64,000 nucleotides of DNA from contig CAWIKF010000001.1 in NCBI GenBank assembly GCA_963836755.1, positions 712,268-776,267 of the forward strand, read 5' to 3'. Below are positions 30,325 through 40,488 of this stretch, one piece after another. This DNA is from an uncultured Verrucomicrobiae bacterium. Its GTDB lineage: Bacteria; Verrucomicrobiota; Verrucomicrobiia; Chthoniobacterales; Chthoniobacteraceae. A program made the position numbers and the translations under genes. Numbering within the stretch: position 1 is the stretch's first letter; every line of letters starts with the position of its first letter. The notes below the pieces were generated by a model that did not search any database, was not told where the DNA came from, and saw only the letters and a program-made list of their open reading frames with translations.

Positions 30325-31184
30325 ATGTCCGACCCAACACCCACCCCAGCCCCGAAAAAACGCAAATCTCCAGCACCGCTCGACAGCAGGCTCATCGACC
30401 ACCTGGAAAAAGACGGCGAAGTCGTCACCGCCACTCTCGACGAGATGACTGCCGACGCAGCCTTCGCCGCCGCGCTCGCCCCGCATTTCCTCGACCGCGA
30501 CAGGACACCATCAGCCATCAACCCCGGCGCAGGTATCCACCGCTGGCCGAAGGCCTGCGATCAATCTCACGGCGCTCTCGACACAGGTCTCCGACGCCCG
30601 CTCCATCGGGGCCGATGTCACCAGTGGCCGCGCAAAGTTTCACAGCGTCACAGACGATGAAGACGGCGATGAGGCTACCGCCATTGCAGCCATCCGCAAC
30701 GTCCAAACCCGCGCAAAAGAAAAATACGAGGAGAGCGACCCGGCGCGGCTCGACGCCTATTACCTTGGCCAGCCGCTCCGCTCCCGCAGCCAGATCACGC
30801 AGGCCGGCGCCGCCGTTTACACCCTGCTGCGCACGACCGACAACTCCGGCAATCCCGTCACCCCGCAAGACACGCTCCCCGGCTTCGGCGCCCCGCAAAT
30901 CCTACAACTCAACGACTCGAGAACGTCTGCGGGCAGAGAGAGGCTTACAGGAGCTCAATGTAATAACCGACCTCGGCAGCTACGGCGGCGTCCAGACGAC
31001 GCAAAGCGGCGCGCAGACCGATGCGAAACAAAGTTTGCAGGAATTTGAAGACGAATGCGACCAAATCAGCCGCCGCCGTCGCAAAGTCCAGCTCGCCGTC
31101 GATGCCGAACGCCCCTTCAGCAACCCGTCCAACGGCCCGCTCCGCACCCGCCTGGGACTGCCCGCAGATCGCGGGATGGCATAG
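30325..31184 (+). pseudogene. Helical hypothetical protein gene broken into three frames (real lesion or sequence error)
   Basis: MSDPTPTPAPKKRK...PHFLDRD / NLTALSTQVSDARS...DTLPGFGAPQILQLN / TDLGSY...RKVQLAVDAERPF...LGLPADRGMA*; breaks near 30505-30560 and 30914-30965. Confidence 0.7.
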
Positions 31185-31315
31185 GTCTTCCGCCATGGGA
31201 GAGCTATCGGATGAAGAAGGGTAGGACGTGGGAAATTTCGTCTCAACCTTCAAAGGCGACTCGCGTGGCTCCTTTGAATGTCACACTGCACCAGTTGCCG
31301 CCGAGCGGGGCTGCG

Positions 31316-31840
31316 CTAGTGCGCAGGCCGCTGTTGCCGCAAGGCGTCTTGCACCGGCCCCGGCAGTTTGTCGGCATTGTGCAAGAGCAGGCTCACCTGC
31401 CAGAGCTCATCATCGGAGAGCTTGCCACTGAACGATGGCATGCCGCTAAAGCGGATGCCGTTCTTGATCACCCAGTGAGTTTCCCCGACTTGGTCATCCG
31501 TGACGCCCTTTGATGGCGGCAGCAGGTGCGGCGCGGCGGGATACATGCGTTTGCCGACACCGGACTGCGGGTCGCCGATCCGGCCGTGGCACCCGACGCA
31601 ACCTCTCTCCTGGAAAACGTGCGCGCCGGCGAGAAGGTTTTGCTCGTCGGCTGGCAGTGGCGACTGCTCCCTCGACGCCTGGCCCATGGAGGAGGAAAGA
31701 GCTGCGTGCGCCAGCATTTTCTCCATCGGTAACGCGTGTGCGTCGGTGCCCATGGCGATGCCGCCATGCGCGACGAACAAGTATTCTGCCAGCGCGAGGA
31801 GCGCGGCTCCGACGACAAGACCAATGATGAATTTCAGCAT
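31316..31840 (-). CDS. Membrane-anchored c-type cytochrome
   Basis: CVGCH heme motif, NGIRFSGMP, N-terminal TM. Confidence 0.88.
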   Translation of the reverse strand: MLKFIIGLVVGAALLALAEYLFVAHGGIAMGTDAHALPMEKMLAHAALSSSMGQASREQSPLPADEQNLLAGAHVFQERGCVGCHGRIGDPQSGVGKRMYPAAPHLLPPSKGVTDDQVGETHWVIKNGIRFSGMPSFSGKLSDDELWQVSLLLHNADKLPGPVQDALRQQRPAH

Positions 31841-31858
31841 AGGTGTGGGTGCGCGCTG

Positions 31859-32827
31859 TTAATCCTGCGATTTTTGATTCGAACCTTCAGCATTGGTCAG
31901 GTCGAGCCCGCGGCGAAGCTCGGCCGCAAGCTTATAGGCGTCACCCGTCTTGGCCATGTGGTCGAAGAAGAGTTGCGGCTGTTCGCCGGTTTCCTGGTTG
32001 TAAAGACAGCCCTGATACCAGCCGAGTTGATTCCGCATCAGCTTCACCACCGGCTGGATTTCTTTGGAAGTCATGGAGAAATCCGCCACGATCTGCGCCT
32101 GGTCGCCGCTGGTGGGATGGAATTCGATGTTCGTCGAGACGTTGGCCCGCGGGTTCGCGTGAACGCCGTCGATGGTGATCCGGTCCTTTCGCAACACCCA
32201 GACGGTGACGACTCCATTCTCGCCGACGCTGGCGTCGCCATGGAGGATATCGCCGAGGCGCTTCGAGTCGAGCGAGCTGCTCGGTTTCGAGGCCTTCTTC
32301 TGCGGGAGCGGAGTGCTGGTGGTGTCGAGCGCATGGCGTATCCCGCGAGCGAGGGTGAGCGCGTCGCCGACGCCGCGGAAATGCACGAACCACACCTGCG
32401 GATGCGTCGGCAAATGCTGGTGGAAAGCCTCGAAGACGAGGCCATTCTCGATCAATGCGGAGATGAACGGGTTGACCTCTTCTTCCTTGAGACAAAGATC
32501 GCCGTTCACGAAGACGCGATCGTTCGAGAGCGGCTGGAATAGTGCTCCGCCGTCGAGCTCGAAAGACGGTTTCAAGGTGAGGCCGGTGCCGCGCGGGCCC
32601 TCGACCGATCCGATGTCCTTGCGCGCGATCTCCAGACTGAGCAGGCCGTGCTCCATTTCGCCCTCGAGGCCGAGGATGTCTTCGATTTGTGCCTTCGGCA
32701 AGCCTGCGTCCCCGGACCCGCTCTTGCCTTTCCCGCCGCTGTCTTGGTCCGCAGCACGCAGGAATGGCACGAACCCGAGCGAAACGCTCAGCAACAACAG
32801 TGCGCTGGCTTTGTAAAATGGCTTCAT
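31859..32827 (-). CDS. DUF1259 (LppY/LpqO-like) secreted protein
   Basis: Two repeats: GDLCL..EV...FHQHL..PQVWFVHF and ADF...LYNQETGEQPQLFFDH. Confidence 0.8.
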   Translation of the reverse strand: MKPFYKASALLLLSVSLGFVPFLRAADQDSGGKGKSGSGDAGLPKAQIEDILGLEGEMEHGLLSLEIARKDIGSVEGPRGTGLTLKPSFELDGGALFQPLSNDRVFVNGDLCLKEEEVNPFISALIENGLVFEAFHQHLPTHPQVWFVHFRGVGDALTLARGIRHALDTTSTPLPQKKASKPSSSLDSKRLGDILHGDASVGENGVVTVWVLRKDRITIDGVHANPRANVSTNIEFHPTSGDQAQIVADFSMTSKEIQPVVKLMRNQLGWYQGCLYNQETGEQPQLFFDHMAKTGDAYKLAAELRRGLDLTNAEGSNQKSQD

Positions 32828-33182
32828 AATCGTGTTGCCAGCCTTGCAGCGAGCCGGCTCCGCGGGCAACTGTGGCCGCTTGCACAATGGATCGCGCGGA
32901 TCTTCCGCGCCGGTTCTACGAAACCTACGGATTTCCGAGTTTGCGGTTGCTCGCTTTCTCGGCATGCGCCAGGATGACACGATGATCGAGGACGGGCAAA
33001 GGCGTCCGCCAACCTAGCATTTGATGGTGACAACTCCCGCCGCGACAGCTCGCGGCTCTGCCTTTCGCGGAGAGCGGAATGCGGTTTGCTGCCGCGCCTA
33101 GACATGAACGCGAAGTCTTTGCGCGCACCTTCCCACCCGAGGCTTTGCCTCATCAATGCTTCCTTTCATGATGCCGGGGCGA

Positions 33183-34268
33183 TTATTCCAGACCGAGCGA
33201 ATCGAGGGTCGGCTCGTCGATGACGGCGGTGCGGTAGAGGCCGTTGTCGTTTTGGTAGCCGACGAGAGCTTCGCGGGTGAGCGGGCCGAGTAAGCCGTCC
33301 ACTTCACCTTTGTAGTAACCTTGGTCTTGCAGGAGTGCTTGCACGTTTGCAATCACGCGATCGAGTGGCTCGGCGCGGTGGCCGACATAGATCGGTGCAT
33401 CGTAAGGGTAGTATTCATGGGAAGTGTTGTAGCCCCAGGCCGGATACCAATAGCCGTTGTTCCAATAATAGTAGCCGCCACTGATAAGCTCCACGCGTTT
33501 GTAGTGGGAGTGGTAGTAGCCTGCATCGTGTCTCTCAGGATGATAGGAGCGATAGACTTGGTATCTCTCGCCTTGCCATTGATCGCTATTCTCAATGCGG
33601 CGATTCTCGGTGAAGGTGACGGGCGGAACCTTTTCCGGTTTTGGCTGTGCCTTAAAGCTGGCGTGTTCGGTTTTGACCTTCTGAATGGTCTGCACGTCTG
33701 GCTTCTTGGCATTGGCATGGACTTTGGGAGACTGTTCCTTAGTCGCTGCGGCTGGGGATGAAGCAGTCTCACTGGAAGCAGTAGGGCTGGCGGTCTTCTT
33801 TGCGGTCGTAGCTTCGGCGCCTGTCTTCTGATTCTTCTTGTGCTTGCCGCCTTGTTTTTGTTCGGCGGAGACTGCCGATGGAGTGGGATTCGCCACGGTT
33901 GATTCGTCGGTTTTTGACGAGGTGTGGGATGTGCCTTCAGTGGTCGCTGGGGTCTTTCCTTCGCCGTGCTTCTTGCCCGTGGGCACGGGTTTCGCCGCAT
34001 GTTTCGCTTCCTTGGCGGTTTGAGCTTCGTTTTCGCTCTGGGCCTGCTGAGCGGGTTTTTCCACGGCTGCGCGTTCCTTTGACGCGTGGGCTTCGGCGGC
34101 GCCCTTCCCCTCGGTGAGAGGCTTGGCCTGGACGGCATGTTCCTGTGCCGAATGGTCTTTACCTTGGTGTTTCTTTGTCGCTGCGGGCGACTCTTCGGGC
34201 TGCTGGGCCTGCAAGTGGGCGGTCAGCGCGAGCGAAGAGGCAATCAAGAGGGTGAGAAGTTTTTTCAT
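33183..34268 (-). CDS. Secreted low-complexity protein with C-terminal peptidoglycan-binding domain
   Basis: Signal peptide, K/A/T/S-rich linker, Tyr-rich segment, VQALL...GYYKGEVDGLLGPLTREAL..YQ. Confidence 0.8.
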   Translation of the reverse strand: MKKLLTLLIASSLALTAHLQAQQPEESPAATKKHQGKDHSAQEHAVQAKPLTEGKGAAEAHASKERAAVEKPAQQAQSENEAQTAKEAKHAAKPVPTGKKHGEGKTPATTEGTSHTSSKTDESTVANPTPSAVSAEQKQGGKHKKNQKTGAEATTAKKTASPTASSETASSPAAATKEQSPKVHANAKKPDVQTIQKVKTEHASFKAQPKPEKVPPVTFTENRRIENSDQWQGERYQVYRSYHPERHDAGYYHSHYKRVELISGGYYYWNNGYWYPAWGYNTSHEYYPYDAPIYVGHRAEPLDRVIANVQALLQDQGYYKGEVDGLLGPLTREALVGYQNDNGLYRTAVIDEPTLDSLGLE

Positions 34269-34752
34269 CTTATTCCTTTCAGTCAGTAGGTTTGTATCTG
34301 AGGTTCTACTGCGCCATAGGAGCAAAGTTGCTCGTTCTGTAGCTGTGAGTGGCGAAAGGGATTCGATGCTTCTACGCTTTTTGGTCCTCTCTATGTCGAG
34401 ATGATTCGTGATGAGGGCAAAATCCCTTGCGAATCCGCTGATAAAACGTCGCTGTATGGCTCGACCGCAACCGAAACGGGACGTATTTCGCCGCAGTGAA
34501 AGTCCGCGGCGAGTAGATAAAGCGGTTCGCTCAAGACGGACGATTCCATGCTTGCCAAAGTGTCGGCTGTCGGAATTGCGCACGGAAGCGGAAAGCTCGC
34601 GGAGAGATTGTATGGCGCGCGTTCGTGATTCGTGGTCTCCGCCTTTTTTACCTCAATCAAATCTGCGGCATCGACAAAACCCGCGGCAGCTTGTCAACTT
34701 TGTGACCCGGCGGCGTATTACATGATCACGCCAAGCTTCCCAATAAACTAAC

Positions 34753-36042
34753 ATGTCCCAAACCACCACAATGCCCCGCCTTTTCCAAGCCCTCGCGGCG
34801 ATCGCCTGCTTCTCCTGCGTCACTCTTCCAGCGTTCGGCGAGACGAGAACGTTGGTATTGACCTCGCCAAAAGATGACGATCATTTTGAGGTGACGAAGC
34901 CGCTGTTTTTCTGGGACTCCTTACCGGCGGCGCAAAAATACGAGGTTTACGTCGATGATGCGAAGCTGGGCGAGGTGCAGGCTGCTTCGATTCCGGTCTT
35001 GCACTTCGCGGCGCCTCAGCCTCTTCCGGTCGGGACGCATCATTGGGTTGTCAAAGCTATTCCCGCCCAAGGCGATGCCGTTTCTTCGAGCCCATCTGCG
35101 TTCACCATTGATCCTCCGGGCAATTGGCCGGCGTGGGCGATTGGGCCGTTCGAACGGTATGGGGGAAATCCGATTCTCCGACCGCAAGGCAGCGGCTGGG
35201 AACAAGTTAATACCTACAATCCCGGTGTCCTATTTAGAAACGGGAAGTTTCTCATGCTCTATCGTGCGCAAGGTCAAAAGGTAGGCGCGACGAAGGTAAA
35301 TCCGGACCGCATCTCACGCGAGGGCTATGCTGAAAGCGTCGATGGAGTGACCTTCGTCCGGAAACCCGAGCCGGTGATCGATGCCACCGAATCGTTTGAA
35401 AAGCTCTACGGCTGCGAGGATGCGCGTTTGTTCGAGAAGGATGGCGTTTATTACGCCTTCTACACCGGCAATGGAAAGGGCGGCATCGCAATTTGTGAGG
35501 CGACCTCTGCGGACGCAATCACGTGGAAAAAATTGGGACCAGTCGTCCAAGGGACGAAAAACGGGGCCATGGTCATTGATCCCAATGGCACGCCGGTTCA
35601 AATCAACGGAAAGTATGCGATGTTCGTCGGGAACTCCGGCTTCGGAGTCTGCTACTCCGACGACCTTCTTACGTGGAGCCCAGTTACAAAAATCGACATG
35701 ATGCTTCCGCCAAATTGGGTCAAGCCGTATGAGCCTTGCATCGCCGTCGCGAACTACTCAAGCGCAAAGCCCGATGACATCGTTCTATTTATCGCGGGCA
35801 CGTTGAACGGGAAAGGCAAGTGGTTCTACGCCATTTCCGAAACCTTGTTCTCCAAGCAGGATCTCACCAAAAAAGTCGATCAACTGGACGACTGCATTAT
35901 GAAAGCGAGGGAACCCTATGAGAGCGGCACGTTCCACAATTGTCTCTGGATGAACTGCATCATTCAGCACGAGGGAGAGTGGATGATGTATTACGGCGCG
36001 GGTGATCGGAATGTCGGGCTGGCTACCGCTCCTGTGAAGTAG
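34753..36042 (+). CDS. GH130-like beta-propeller glycosidase with N-terminal Ig-like domain
   Basis: NPIL.P, YNPGV, MLYRA, GCEDARL, YYGAGD. Confidence 0.75.
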   Translation: MSQTTTMPRLFQALAAIACFSCVTLPAFGETRTLVLTSPKDDDHFEVTKPLFFWDSLPAAQKYEVYVDDAKLGEVQAASIPVLHFAAPQPLPVGTHHWVVKAIPAQGDAVSSSPSAFTIDPPGNWPAWAIGPFERYGGNPILRPQGSGWEQVNTYNPGVLFRNGKFLMLYRAQGQKVGATKVNPDRISREGYAESVDGVTFVRKPEPVIDATESFEKLYGCEDARLFEKDGVYYAFYTGNGKGGIAICEATSADAITWKKLGPVVQGTKNGAMVIDPNGTPVQINGKYAMFVGNSGFGVCYSDDLLTWSPVTKIDMMLPPNWVKPYEPCIAVANYSSAKPDDIVLFIAGTLNGKGKWFYAISETLFSKQDLTKKVDQLDDCIMKAREPYESGTFHNCLWMNCIIQHEGEWMMYYGAGDRNVGLATAPVK

Positions 36043-36101
36043 TTGCCCGAGATATGGGCGCGTAGCGGCAACTCGCTCAGGACCTTGACGCTAGGCGAAG
36101 G

Positions 36102-37001
36102 TTACTGGCTGCCGACGCCGGCGACGCGCATGCGCAATGCGAATAGATTCTTGCTGGCCGTCATGAAAAGCGTGTGCCGGTCTTTACCGCCGAAGCAGAT
36201 GTTGCCGACCCAGCCGCGCTCGGGCATCTCGATTTTCTCGATCTGTTTTCCGTCGGAGTTAAAGACGGTGACTTGGTCGCCGGTGAGATAGACATTGCCC
36301 TCATTGTCGATGGTCATTCCATCGGAGCCCATCTCGCAGAAAAGCGTTTTGTCCTGCAGCGAACCATCGGGCTGAATGTGGTAGCGATAGGTTTTTTTCG
36401 CGCCAATGTCGGCAACGTAGAGAATTTTCCCGTCGGGCGTTCCGATGATGCCGTTGGGGCTTTTGAGATCCGTGGCGACGGGCACGAGCCGTTGGCGATC
36501 GGCGGAGAGGAAGTAAACGTGCTGTCCTGTCTGCTCCATCGGGCCTCGATGCCAGTAGTTGCGCTTGTAAAATGGATCGGTGAAATAAAGGCCGTCGTCG
36601 GGGCGCACCCAGATATCGTTCGGGCCGTTGAGCAGTTTGCCCTGATAATCCTTCACGACGACCTCGACTTTGCCGGCCTTGTCGATTTTCCAGAGCTGGT
36701 TTTTTTCATCGGCGCACGCCCAAAGATTTTCATGCAAGTCAAAGCAGAGGCCGTTCGACCGGCCGCACGGCTGCATGAAAGTCGTGAGCTTGCCGTCCGT
36801 GCTCCATTTCATGATCCGATCGTTCGGCTGGTCAGTGAAATAGACATCGCCCGCGCGAGTGCTCGCCGGGCCTTCGGTGAAAAGAAAACCGCCGGCCAGC
36901 TTTTCGATTTGCGCGCCCGGCGCGATGATTTGGGATTGCACGGTGTGGAGTGAAACGCAGAAAGCGAAAACTTTAAACAACTGAAGGGCGCCGTTTTTCA
37001 T
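36102..37001 (-). CDS. SMP-30/gluconolactonase family protein
   Basis: FTEGP, NGPND, YFTDP, PNGI, DGMTID. Confidence 0.9.
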   Translation of the reverse strand: MKNGALQLFKVFAFCVSLHTVQSQIIAPGAQIEKLAGGFLFTEGPASTRAGDVYFTDQPNDRIMKWSTDGKLTTFMQPCGRSNGLCFDLHENLWACADEKNQLWKIDKAGKVEVVVKDYQGKLLNGPNDIWVRPDDGLYFTDPFYKRNYWHRGPMEQTGQHVYFLSADRQRLVPVATDLKSPNGIIGTPDGKILYVADIGAKKTYRYHIQPDGSLQDKTLFCEMGSDGMTIDNEGNVYLTGDQVTVFNSDGKQIEKIEMPERGWVGNICFGGKDRHTLFMTASKNLFALRMRVAGVGSQ

Positions 37002-38716
37002 GACGCTCGCCCGCTTTCGCGAAGCAGCGACGCGACGGCTTGCAATTTTTTCTTGAGCGCAGGCTCGGTGCGCCACTGCGCGATCGTGTGCGGGAGGCGC
37101 TGGCTCCAGTTGGCATCGGCGATGGCGCCGGGCGTGTTGAAGCGCTGGTCGCTGCCGAAAATATCGGTAATCATCGCCACAGCAATCCATGAACGGCTGT
37201 TAAACAAAGCGCGCAGCAACTTTTCATGCAGTTCGTCGCTCCACGGCTGCGGTTCGCGCAGGTCGATGTGCGCGAACGCGGCAAATTTCCGCAGCTCCTC
37301 CCAGGCGCCGTGGCTCTCGCCCGTGCGCGCCTTTGCGACTTTGAACAGCCGCTCCCAGCGCGCCTTCAGCGGCTCGTGATCGTGCGTCGCGTAGGTCGCG
37401 AGCGAGAGCGGCTGATACTCCGCGCCGTCGATGAGCCAGCCGTCGTTTCGTTTTTCCCACATCGGAATTTTGAAGCCGGGAATGCCGAGCGACGTGAGAT
37501 TCGGCCGCACATACGGCGGCACCGTGCCGAGGTCTTCGCCGACCAGCCGATGCTCCCCTGTTTCCTCGAGCAACACCTTCAGCAGCTCGTCGCCGTGTGC
37601 GCGATTTTGCTCGCAATGCGCGGGCGTGTCGTCCGGCCGCTCGATGAAACGCGGCAGCTCGCCGCCGGTCTTCGCGCGCGCCTGCTCGTGCGTGAGCGGG
37701 AGGAATGCGTCGTTCTCCGGCGGCCGCCACGGGAAGCAGTAGATGCGGTAAAAACCGAGCACGTGATCGATGCGGAAAATGTCAAAAATCTCGCGCACGG
37801 TGCGAACGCGATTGCGCCACCAGGCAAAGTTGCTATCGCGCATCACGTCCCAGCGGTAGAGCGGCACGCCCCAATTTTGACCCCACTTTTGCGTGAAGGC
37901 ATCGTCCTTAAAATACGGCTCGGGCGGCGCGCCACCGCTCCATTTCAAATCGAAAAGCTCCGGCTGACCGAAGACATCGGCGCTGTAATAACTCACGCCG
38001 AACGGCACGTCGCCCATCAGCGCGATTCCTCGCGAAGCCGCATAGGCACTGGCTTCGTGCCATTGTCCGAATGCGATCCACTGGACGTATTTGTAAAAGC
38101 GCATCCGCTTTTCAAACTCCTTCCGACGCTTCACGGGCAGCGCGGCGATCCACTCCGCGGCGGCCGCGGCGGACTTCTGGTGCGCCGGCCAAAGGTCCCA
38201 GCGTTCGTTGACGCCGTTCTCTTCCATCAGCACGCGGAAGAGCGCATAGCCCTCGAGCCAGCACGCCTGCCCGTGGACGAATGCGCGGAATTTGCGCGCG
38301 CGCGTCGTGTTCTTGCCGAGCTCGTTTTTGGAAAAATTTTCAAACGCGCGCGCGAGCAGTGCAAGTTTCAGGCGTTTAACATCGGGATAAACAACCGGTC
38401 CTGTGCGCAACTTTTTCAAATCCACTTTTTTCAGCTGCGCCGCGAATTCATCGGCGGGCAAATCCGCGAGCGAGTCGGATGAAATGAAAATCGTCGCCGG
38501 CTCCAGCGCGACGGAGCTCACCGCCATGTAAGGACTGTTGTCGCCGCCCGTTTCATTGATCGGCAAAAGCTGCACGAGCCGGATGCCCGCGTCCGCTGCC
38601 GCGTCGATTAATTCGCGCAGGCTGCCGACATCGCCGATGCCGAGATCGTTTTCAGTCCGAAGCGCGAAGAGCGGCGTGAGAAGGCCGGCGATCGGTTGGG
38701 CGGGGGATAGTTCCAT
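36998..38716 (-). CDS. malQ: 4-alpha-glucanotransferase (GH77)
   Basis: QLLP, GDVPF, GAPP, RIDHVLG, EDLG and THD motifs. Confidence 0.92.
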   Translation of the reverse strand: MELSPAQPIAGLLTPLFALRTENDLGIGDVGSLRELIDAAADAGIRLVQLLPINETGGDNSPYMAVSSVALEPATIFISSDSLADLPADEFAAQLKKVDLKKLRTGPVVYPDVKRLKLALLARAFENFSKNELGKNTTRARKFRAFVHGQACWLEGYALFRVLMEENGVNERWDLWPAHQKSAAAAAEWIAALPVKRRKEFEKRMRFYKYVQWIAFGQWHEASAYAASRGIALMGDVPFGVSYYSADVFGQPELFDLKWSGGAPPEPYFKDDAFTQKWGQNWGVPLYRWDVMRDSNFAWWRNRVRTVREIFDIFRIDHVLGFYRIYCFPWRPPENDAFLPLTHEQARAKTGGELPRFIERPDDTPAHCEQNRAHGDELLKVLLEETGEHRLVGEDLGTVPPYVRPNLTSLGIPGFKIPMWEKRNDGWLIDGAEYQPLSLATYATHDHEPLKARWERLFKVAKARTGESHGAWEELRKFAAFAHIDLREPQPWSDELHEKLLRALFNSRSWIAVAMITDIFGSDQRFNTPGAIADANWSQRLPHTIAQWRTEPALKKKLQAVASLLRESGRAS

Positions 38717-38806
38717 TGCGCGGACAATACGAAATCGCGCGGAAAAGCGAAGCGGACTTCCGCAAACTTTCATCCGCGGCAACCCGGCGCGCCTTTGCTG
38801 ATGCCG

Positions 38807-39433
38807 TCAAAGTTTGATCAAGCCATGCCGAATCGCGTAGCGCGTGAGGTCGGCCGTCGTGCGCAGGCCGAGCTTGCACTTGAGATTGCCGCGATGATTT
38901 TCCACCGTTTTCACCGAGACGCTGAGGCGCGTCGCGATCTCTTTGTTGCTGCGGCCTTCGGCGATTAATTGCAGCACCTCTCGCTCGCGATGCGAGAGAT
39001 CGCGCTGCTCGTCCGGCGTGCTCGCATCGAAAAGAAACTTTGACGCGAACGGCGTGAAGAAGCTGCAGCCGTGCAGCATCGCGCCGACTGCCTCGCGAAA
39101 AGTTTCCAGCGAATCCGACTTTGAAACGAACGCCGCCGGCTTTGATTTCAGCGCGCGCAGCACCAGCGCCGCATCGCACGGTCCCGCAAAAATCAGCGCG
39201 CGCGTCGGCCCGCCATTTTCGCGCAGCCGCCGCAAAACTTCGGTGCCGCACAGCTCCGGCAGCATCAGGTCGAGAATCAAAATTTCCGGCTGCTCGCGTT
39301 CGCAAAATTCCAGCGCCGCGAGTCCTGACTCGAGCTGCGCCACCACCGTCACGTCGAAATCTTTGCGCAACATCGATGCGATCAAATTCCGGAACGAACG
39401 TTGTGCATCTGCAATGGCCACTCGTTTTTTCAT
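38807..39433 (-). CDS. NarL/LuxR-family response regulator
   Basis: REC domain (ILDLMLP) plus LSHREREVL..G.SNKEIA..L.VSVKTVE.HR. Confidence 0.92.
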   Translation of the reverse strand: MKKRVAIADAQRSFRNLIASMLRKDFDVTVVAQLESGLAALEFCEREQPEILILDLMLPELCGTEVLRRLRENGGPTRALIFAGPCDAALVLRALKSKPAAFVSKSDSLETFREAVGAMLHGCSFFTPFASKFLFDASTPDEQRDLSHREREVLQLIAEGRSNKEIATRLSVSVKTVENHRGNLKCKLGLRTTADLTRYAIRHGLIKL

Positions 39434-39618
39434 CCGCCGCCTTTTGTTGGATTTAGGGAAACGCAGCCTCCGCTACCGAAACTAACGCGTCGGCCACCGT
39501 CGCCTTCGTGTAAAACAAACTGCTGCACGATGGAAGATTAATTTAGGTATTTTTTCCCGACGCAACCGAGGGGAACTACCCATTCCGCCGCGCGCTGCTC
39601 GGCTCTACAACCATTCGC

Positions 39619-40467
39619 ATGCCTCCCGGACGTGCCCGCGGTAAAAACCTTCGTGTAACAAACGTCAACTCCCACGGCCTCGGCTGGGCGCCCGATCTCC
39701 CGGACCACCGCGATCATGTTTACGGCGCGCCCCTCGCAAAACTCACCGCCGCCAAACCGCTCCCGGCCCGAGCCGACCTCACCGCGCAATGCCCTCCCGT
39801 TTACGACCAGGGCCAGATCGGCAGTTGCACCGCCAACGCCATCGCCGCCGCGCTGGAGTTTGATTTGAAAAAGCAAAAGCTCGCCGACTTCGTCCCGTCG
39901 CGCCTCTTCATCTATTATAATGAGCGCGCGATCGAGCACACCACAGGCACCGACTCCGGCGCACAGATTCGCGACGGTATCAAAAGCGTCGGCAAACAAG
40001 GCGCATGTCACGAAACCGAGTGGACCTACGACGACACCTCCGCCGACCCTAACACCGGCGTCTGGCCCGCGGGCGCCAAGCCCGCCGAAAAGCCGCCACG
40101 GAAATGCTACACCGACGCGCGCAAATTCAAGGCCCTCGCCTACGCCCGCGTCAACCGCGACCTCGCGCAGATGAAAGGCTGCCTCGCGAGTGGCTACCCC
40201 TTCGTCTTCGGCTTCACCGTTTACGATAGCTTCGAAAGCGCCGCCGTAGCCAAGTCCGGCCAGCTCGACATGCCGGCGTCCGGCGAACAAGTCGTCGGCG
40301 GCCACGCCGTCCTTTGCGTCGGCTACGACGACTCCGCGCAGCGCTTCACCGTCCGCAACAGTTGGGGACCGAAATGGGGACTCAAAGGCTACTTCACCAT
40401 CCCCTACGCCTACCTCCTCGACACCAACCTCAGCGACGATATGTGGACCGTCCGCACCGTCGCCTAG
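39619..40467 (+). CDS. C1 (papain-family) cysteine peptidase
   Basis: DQGQIGSC, GGHAV and VRNSWG catalytic motifs. Confidence 0.92.
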   Translation: MPPGRARGKNLRVTNVNSHGLGWAPDLPDHRDHVYGAPLAKLTAAKPLPARADLTAQCPPVYDQGQIGSCTANAIAAALEFDLKKQKLADFVPSRLFIYYNERAIEHTTGTDSGAQIRDGIKSVGKQGACHETEWTYDDTSADPNTGVWPAGAKPAEKPPRKCYTDARKFKALAYARVNRDLAQMKGCLASGYPFVFGFTVYDSFESAAVAKSGQLDMPASGEQVVGGHAVLCVGYDDSAQRFTVRNSWGPKWGLKGYFTIPYAYLLDTNLSDDMWTVRTVA

Positions 40468-40488
40468 TTTTTCAAAAACGTTTCCCCC

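Noticed and set aside
29796..31184. 462-aa ORF spanning the array
   Set aside because: Arg-rich repeat translation; only its last ~70 codons belong to the real disrupted gene
34269..34752. Long intergenic region as a possible ncRNA or riboswitch
   Set aside because: No recognisable motif by eye; a covariance-model search would be needed
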